DNA from: Spirochaetaceae bacterium UBA5200 | Lineage (GTDB): Bacteria > Spirochaetota > Spirochaetia > Treponematales > UBA12059 | Direction: 5' to 3' | Assembly: GCA_002412825.1 (NCBI GenBank) | Contig: DHVU01000005.1 | Span: forward strand, 1-61,595 | Length of the DNA stretch: 61,595 nucleotides | Part shown: one piece after another, positions 56,812 through 61,595 of the stretch | How positions within the stretch are numbered: the stretch's first letter is position 1 | Layout of the letters: each line of letters opens with the position of its first letter | Notes under the pieces: generated by a model | Databases searched by the model: none | What the model saw: only the letters and a program-made list of their open reading frames with translations | What the model was told of the DNA's origin: nothing | Position numbers and translations under genes: made by a program

Positions 56812-57159
56812 TTAGAATACCCGCAGCTCGGTCCTTCCCAGCACGATGATATCCTGCTTGCTCAGCTTTATGTACTTGCCTTCGGGCACGCGCGTACCGT
56901 TTACGTAGGTGCCGTTGCTGCTACACAGGTCCGTGATGAAATAGGCATCCTTTATTTTTTGAATGCGCGCATGCTGCCTCGATATGAGGCTGTCTTCCAG
57001 CACGATGGTATTATCAGGGCCCCTGCCAATAGTTATCTGTAATACGAGAGGAATGACCGTGCCATTGCACGACAGCTGATAGCCCTCGGTCTTATGGATG
57101 GACGATAGCCGCTTCCCCAGCTTGCTCGCGCTTATTATGGTATCGGCTTCCTTTGCCAT
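56812..57159 (-). CDS. FHA-domain protein (small)
   Basis: GR...N.IVL....SR.HA....DLCSSNGTYVNG pattern typical of forkhead-associated domains. Confidence 0.8.
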   Translation of the reverse strand: MAKEADTIISASKLGKRLSSIHKTEGYQLSCNGTVIPLVLQITIGRGPDNTIVLEDSLISRQHARIQKIKDAYFITDLCSSNGTYVNGTRVPEGKYIKLSKQDIIVLGRTELRVF

Positions 57160-57256
57160 GCGTATTCCCCCCCCAACTAGTATAGCGTCAGTGTAAGCGC
57201 TTTCTCAGTGTTTCGGCGACCTATTTCCTCAACTTCAAAATTTATCCACACTCGAC

Positions 57257-57285
57257 TTGCATTTAATAATGCTATGTAATACTAT
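57257..57285 (+). promoter_or_regulatory. Candidate padR promoter (TTGCAT, 17 nt, TACTAT) with tandem CTATGTA repeats
   Basis: AT-rich divergent region; direct repeat CTATGTAATA/CTATGTATAT overlaps the -10. Confidence 0.35.
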
Positions 57286-57359
57286 GTATATTGTATTATG
57301 TTGGTTTGCCCGTAGGGAGGCCATATAACGGGAGGCGGCGTTGCCGCGAAGGAGGGACT

Positions 57360-57755
57360 ATGCCGGAATCGAGCGCGTTCGACGAAGAGCTCGGGCGGGC
57401 GATAGACAAGTGGCGGGGACAGAGCAGAAAGGGTTTTCTGGAACTCTGCCTACTCGCCTGCGTGCGTGGAGCGCTTAAGACCTATGGCTTTGCCATGCTT
57501 GAAAGCCTGCGTCGCTCGGGGCTAGAGCTGAGCGAGGGTACGCTCTATCCGCTACTTACGCGCCTTGTGCGCGAGGGCATGCTCGCATCGACTTGGGATA
57601 TGCCTGAAGAGGGGCATCCGCGCAAGTATTATACGCTCACCCTTATGGGCTTATCGTTCCTCGATGAGGTACTCAAGGAACGGCTCAAGGATGAGAAGGC
57701 GCTTGATGCCATACTTTCGGGGCGCTGCGCAAACGAGGAGGATAATCGTGACTAA
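57360..57755 (+). CDS. PadR-family transcriptional regulator
   Basis: Winged helix YGFAMLESL...GTLYPLLTRLVREGML...KYYTLT; RBS GGAGGG. Confidence 0.8.
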   Translation: MPESSAFDEELGRAIDKWRGQSRKGFLELCLLACVRGALKTYGFAMLESLRRSGLELSEGTLYPLLTRLVREGMLASTWDMPEEGHPRKYYTLTLMGLSFLDEVLKERLKDEKALDAILSGRCANEEDNRD

Positions 57756-58779
57756 ACAGGCTTACATAGACGAACTTGCCGCCGAACTCGGCTTCATGAC
57801 GGTAGAAGAGCGGGATGACATAGTGCTGGAATTCGATAGCCATCTAAACGACGCTCGCGAGTCCCGCCCGGACTTAAGCGAAGAGGAACTCATCGCACGC
57901 CTGCCGCCTCCCGCTTCCATCGCAGCCACCTATTTGGCGGAATTTCCCCGACAGGCCCAATCGGAGGGCGATGGTAAGCCCTTTAGCGAGCGAGGCGGCA
58001 GGCCAGGCGCATCGAGTTCGGACTTCCGCTTTCATGATTTTTTCCGCTATGCCAGGCGGGATGAAGAGGAATTATCCGGAGGAGCTGAGGGTATTGAGCG
58101 CCTGGTCATTGAAAGCGTCGCCTGCGATATTAGCGCGAGAGTCGGCAGCGAATTCAGCTACGCCATACGCGGCCGCTGGGACGATGAGAGCAAGCCGCTG
58201 ATTAGCCAGCAAGGCGGGCTCTGGCGCATAGACTGCGGGCGGGACGCCGATATGCTTGAGCTCACGCTGCCTGAAAGCCTTGTCGAGCTTATAGCTACTA
58301 GCGCGTCGGGCGACATGAAAATCAGCCTGCCTGATGAGGCCAACGCAGCGTTACGAAGCGCGTCGAGCGATATATCCTTACGGTGCGCGGGCGGCTCGGC
58401 GAGCCTTACCAGCGCTTCGGGCGACTTGGCACTGGAGGGTAGGGCGACAGATGCGCAACTGAAGAGCGCATCGGGGGATATGGACCTGATGCTAAGCGGC
58501 GTCTGCTCTTCCATCGACGCTTCTACCAAATCGGGAGACATACAGGCGCGAATAGAGGATGGCTCAGCCGACGTAAAACTGCAGAGCATGTCCGGCGACC
58601 TTAGCCTACGCTTGCCCGAGGCTTCTAGTTATGAACTGGAGGCGGAGACCGTATCCGGAGACATACAGAGCTCCCGAGGCTCGGTACGCCGGGGCCTTGT
58701 AGGGGCAAAGCTCCGTTACGGCGATGGGCCTGCCTTGGTCTACGCTAAGACCCTCTCAGGCGATATACGAATAGCGTAG
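57749..58779 (+). CDS. DUF1700-like N-domain plus DUF4097-like putative adhesin repeat protein
   Basis: GTG start overlaps the padR stop; N-terminal KQAYIDELAAELGFMTVEERDDIVLEFDSHL; about 8 repeats centred on SGD[IML]. Confidence 0.55.
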
Positions 58780-58844
58780 GCTCCCGCACTCTTTTTTCGA
58801 CTGCGCCCTTCCATTTGCCGGATGGGTGCAGTATTTTTAACTAT

Positions 58845-59477
58845 ATGAAATACATTATGATACTAGTCATAATAATGTTGGCCTCCTGTTCTTCAGCCGG
58901 CGGCGAAGCTCAGTCGGGTCAGGGAAGGGCGGATGTTATGGATAGGTCGGGATTATCGAGCCTTGTGCTCGGAGGCGGATGCTTCTGGTGCCTTGAGGCA
59001 GCCTATGAGATTCTGCCCGGCGTAAAGGCTGTAGAATCCGGTTATGCGGGCGGCAGCAGAGCCAACCCCAGCTATGAACAGGTCACGTCGGGGCTTACCG
59101 GCCATGCAGAGGTGGTGCGTATCTACTACGACCCATCAGAGACCGATTTGGACGAACTCTTTGCGCTCTTTTTTAAGATACACGACCCAACCACAGAGGA
59201 TAGGCAAGGCGCGGACGTGGGAAGCCAGTACCGCTCAATCATACTGTATAAAAACGCCCAGGAGAAAGCCGCCGCTACTAAGGCACTGGCACAGGCGGCC
59301 AAGGACTTTAAGGATCCCATCGTTACCGATCTAGAAGAGCTCAAAGAATTCTATATCGCTGAGGAGTATCATCAAGATTTTTTCCGCAAGAACCCCGATT
59401 ATGGGTATTGCCGGGTTGTCGTTGCGCCTAAGGTACAAAAGGCTCAGCAGTTTATTGATCAACAAAAAAATCCCTAA
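58845..59477 (+). CDS. msrA: Peptide methionine sulfoxide reductase MsrA with lipoprotein-type signal peptide
   Basis: Active site GGGCFWC; N-terminal MKYIMILVIIMLASCSS suggests an exported lipoprotein. An alternative ATG lies at 58815. Confidence 0.85.
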   Translation: MKYIMILVIIMLASCSSAGGEAQSGQGRADVMDRSGLSSLVLGGGCFWCLEAAYEILPGVKAVESGYAGGSRANPSYEQVTSGLTGHAEVVRIYYDPSETDLDELFALFFKIHDPTTEDRQGADVGSQYRSIILYKNAQEKAAATKALAQAAKDFKDPIVTDLEELKEFYIAEEYHQDFFRKNPDYGYCRVVVAPKVQKAQQFIDQQKNP

Positions 59478-59544
59478 GGCTTGGGTTTGAGCCTACGGAA
59501 GCAAAGGCAAAACGAAGAATAAATGACTAAATAAGCAAGAAATT

Positions 59545-59588
59545 GCCGTTCCAGTAGGCTTTTAGGCTTGCTAGAACGGCATTTTTTG
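59545..59588 (+). terminator. Candidate msrA terminator (stem GCCGTTC/GAACGGC, large loop, T-tract)
   Basis: Read directly; the large loop lowers confidence. Confidence 0.35.
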
Positions 59589-59601
59589 CTATAGTGCCCC
59601 T

Positions 59602-60240
59602 ATGAAACGCATTGTGCTCGTGGCAGTACTGGCGGCATTGGCTGTTATGCAGTCGGCCGCCCATCCCCATGTATTCATACAGGCGCAGCTGGAATTCGTT
59701 TTTGACGGAGACGCATGCCTGGGCTTCTGGCAGGAATGGACCTTCGATGCGGTATTCAGTATGGAATTACGCTACAAGTTCGACCAAGACCGCAATGGAT
59801 CCTTCAGCAAAGCTGAGCAGGAGGACATCCACGATGGAGCCTTTTCGAACCTGCGCCGCTATGGTTTCTATACCCTGCTTCGCAAAGGCACGGTACGGGC
59901 GAGTCCTACTGCCGTGGAGAATTTTAGCGCGCGCTTGGTAAATGACCGCGCCGTCTATCGCTTCTTTGTGCCGCTAGATGGCAAGGAATATGCGGGGGGC
60001 TTCAGCGTGGCCGTGTTTGATACGACCTATTATAGCGCCGTGCAGTATACCGATATCCTGGCCACCGCTGAACAGCGTAGGGCCGGCTCCCCAATTCCTG
60101 TTTTCAGCAGACAGGTGGATAAGCGCTACCCGGTTTACTACAACCCCATGGGCGGCGCCCAGGACATGACCACCTATAAGGCTCCGGCCCCGGGTTTGCA
60201 GACCGTGTATCCGGAGGAAATCCTTGTTCAGTTTAACTAG
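59602..60240 (+). CDS. DUF1007-family periplasmic protein (partner of NicO-like metal transporters)
   Basis: Signal peptide then HPHVF start of mature protein; genomic pairing with the next gene. Confidence 0.5.
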   Translation: MKRIVLVAVLAALAVMQSAAHPHVFIQAQLEFVFDGDACLGFWQEWTFDAVFSMELRYKFDQDRNGSFSKAEQEDIHDGAFSNLRRYGFYTLLRKGTVRASPTAVENFSARLVNDRAVYRFFVPLDGKEYAGGFSVAVFDTTYYSAVQYTDILATAEQRRAGSPIPVFSRQVDKRYPVYYNPMGGAQDMTTYKAPAPGLQTVYPEEILVQFN

Positions 60241-61135
60241 AGCCGTCGTGCCGGCGAGTCGTGTATCAGCGCTCTTCGCACTATTGCTTGCGCTCTCCGT
60301 CACGACAGCGTTCGCCAACCCCTTCTTTGGCGCGGACGAAGAGGCTCCCGCCGCGCCTGAGTATCTCGTGAGGAGGACTGCGCCTGGCGCTTTTATAGGT
60401 TTACAGCTGCGCTTCAGGGATAGCCTAGCGGAAGCATTTAACCAGGCCGGCACTAATAACGCCGCCGCCTTCGCTGTGCTTGGCATAGCCTTTCTCTATG
60501 GCCTTGCCCATGCGGTTGGTCCGGGGCATCGCAAGACGATCGTGTTCTCGCTCTTTTTAGGTGCGAAGGCTAAAGCATGGGAACCGCTTGCGGCGGGCTT
60601 TCTCTCAGCGCTTACCCATACCCTGTCCGGAGGGCTTGTCATATTAATACTTTCTCTCCTCCGCGGGGCCATAGCCTCCCTAGCCTCTGCTGAGGCCGTG
60701 CTTGCATGGATGGATGGAGGGAGTCTCTTGATACTCGCCTTTATAGCCCTCATCCTGATCATGAACAAACTTCGCCATATGAACCATGCGCACGAGCATG
60801 GCGGCTCCCAGCGGGGACGGAGCAAGTATGGCATTATATTCTTCACGAGCCTCGTGCCCTGCACGGGCTCCATTATGGTGTTGCTCTTCTCTCTCTATAT
60901 GGGCTCGCCGCTCCTTGGCGTAGCCGCGCTTTTGTTTATAGCCCTGGGACAGGGCTTAGTCGTATCCTTGGCGGCTTACCTAGCCTGGTTCGGGCGAGAG
61001 GGTCTTTTCCAGAAACTTAAAGACCGAGAACGGCTTGTCGCCAACATATCAGGCTATCTTGAGATAGCATCGTATGCGCTCATCCTTGGTTTCTCTATTT
61101 ATATGGTATGGCCATTCCTGCTTTCTTTGGCCTGA
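60224..61135 (+). CDS. NicO / HoxN-like nickel-cobalt transporter family membrane protein
   Basis: Multi-TM protein with His-rich loop HMNHAHEHGG and GPGHRKT motif; overlaps the previous gene by 17 nt. Confidence 0.5.
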   Translation: MFSLTRAVVPASRVSALFALLLALSVTTAFANPFFGADEEAPAAPEYLVRRTAPGAFIGLQLRFRDSLAEAFNQAGTNNAAAFAVLGIAFLYGLAHAVGPGHRKTIVFSLFLGAKAKAWEPLAAGFLSALTHTLSGGLVILILSLLRGAIASLASAEAVLAWMDGGSLLILAFIALILIMNKLRHMNHAHEHGGSQRGRSKYGIIFFTSLVPCTGSIMVLLFSLYMGSPLLGVAALLFIALGQGLVVSLAAYLAWFGREGLFQKLKDRERLVANISGYLEIASYALILGFSIYMVWPFLLSLA

Positions 61136-61138
61136 GGT

Positions 61139-61158
61139 TAGTTCCCCGAACCTTGTGT
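61139..61158. repeat. Solo terminal repeat of the MITE/REP-like family (TAGTTCCCCGAACCTTGTGT)
   Basis: 18/20 match to the left TIR directly after the transporter stop; no matching right TIR seen before the window end. Confidence 0.5.
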
Positions 61159-61170
61159 CCTCATTTATGG

Positions 61171-61595
61171 CTAGGAAGCAAAGGCATATTTTGGCACATA
61201 GTCCTTCTCACCTTTCAGCGGCGTCCTATGTGCCTTCATCCAAACCCTTGTCTCTTCATCATTTAGTTTCAGCTTGGAAAGAAACGGCCTGTCCGTGTAG
61301 TAACCCTTCATACCTTCATAGATCCTAAACGGTGGTACGCCCGCGGCCTCGGCATGGGTAAAAGGCAGCCAAAACGGCCGTATTCGGTACCGTTTTTGGT
61401 AATTGTGGTAGATCTGGTAGAGCCGCGTGCGCATGAGTCCGTTGGCCACATTCCGCGTGAAGCAGCTGCTCTCGCGATGAAAGGCCGCTAAGTCCTTCCG
61501 AAGCTCACGGTCGTAGTAGTTGACCGAAAAGAGCGGATTCAGGAGTCCCCGAGGCGCTTGCGAGGGGTAGGTCCTGTGCTCGAACCGCCCCTCCG
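61171..61595 (-). CDS. Hypothetical protein, C-terminal part (gene continues beyond the window edge)
   Basis: The minus-strand frame stays open from the window edge to the stop at 61171; the listed ORF start (GTG 61449) is only the first start codon inside the window. Confidence 0.35.
   Translation of the reverse strand, partial: EGRFEHRTYPSQAPRGLLNPLFSVNYYDRELRKDLAAFHRESSCFTRNVANGLMRTRLYQIYHNYQKRYRIRPFWLPFTHAEAAGVPPFRIYEGMKGYYTDRPFLSKLKLNDEETRVWMKAHRTPLKGEKDYVPKYAFAS

Overview
The window is visibly GC-rich, densely coding bacterial chromosome with no transposase, integrase or CRISPR. The signal peptides and gene content are loosely spirochaete- or other diderm-like, but I do not assign a taxon.

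Gene content, in order:
- a DmpA/S58 peptidase, a PfkB sugar kinase and Lon protease;
- an eight-gene minus-strand lysine/DAP biosynthesis operon (dapE-asd-lysC-dapB-dapA-dapD-dapC-lysA) in which every gene junction is a 4-nt ATGA start/stop overlap, preceded by a leader that matches the lysine riboswitch (L-box) core motifs;
- a divergent UDP-sugar pyrophosphorylase (UDPGP family) / manC pair;
- an outer-membrane protein, an M23 peptidase, a DnaQ-like exonuclease, phosphoglucomutase, a HAD phosphatase and an RsmB/F-like rRNA methyltransferase;
- an nrdR-nrdD-(glycyl-radical/redoxin ORF)-nrdG anaerobic ribonucleotide reductase operon;
- Lhr helicase, rpsD, an EF-G paralog, a GH3 NagZ-like hexosaminidase, a secreted vWA protein and a LysM-M23 peptidase;
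- ptsI, der, a MerR-like regulator, an M18 aminopeptidase, LysM and lipoprotein genes, and ileS;
- a GntR regulator, an SPFH protein, a LolCDE-like ABC transporter (ATPase plus two FtsX permeases), a LolA-like protein and an outer-membrane protein;
- an FHA protein, a PadR regulator with a DUF1700/DUF4097-like partner, msrA, a DUF1007 plus NicO-like metal transporter pair, and a partial gene at the 3' edge.

Most notable findings:
1. The class III RNR glycyl-radical motif is not in the nrdD ORF. It sits on a separate, translationally coupled ORF fused to an NrdH/glutaredoxin-like CxxC domain.
2. The downstream nrdG has no canonical start codon upstream of its radical-SAM motif.
3. A roughly 116-bp intergenic element flanked by 20-bp terminal inverted repeats (TAGTTCCTCGAAGCTTGTGT), i.e. 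MITE/REP-like, occurs three times plus one solo end.
4. A lysine riboswitch-like leader precedes the fully overlapped lysine operon.
5. Several AT-rich promoter/operator islands carry palindromes next to NrdR, GntR and PadR regulator genes.
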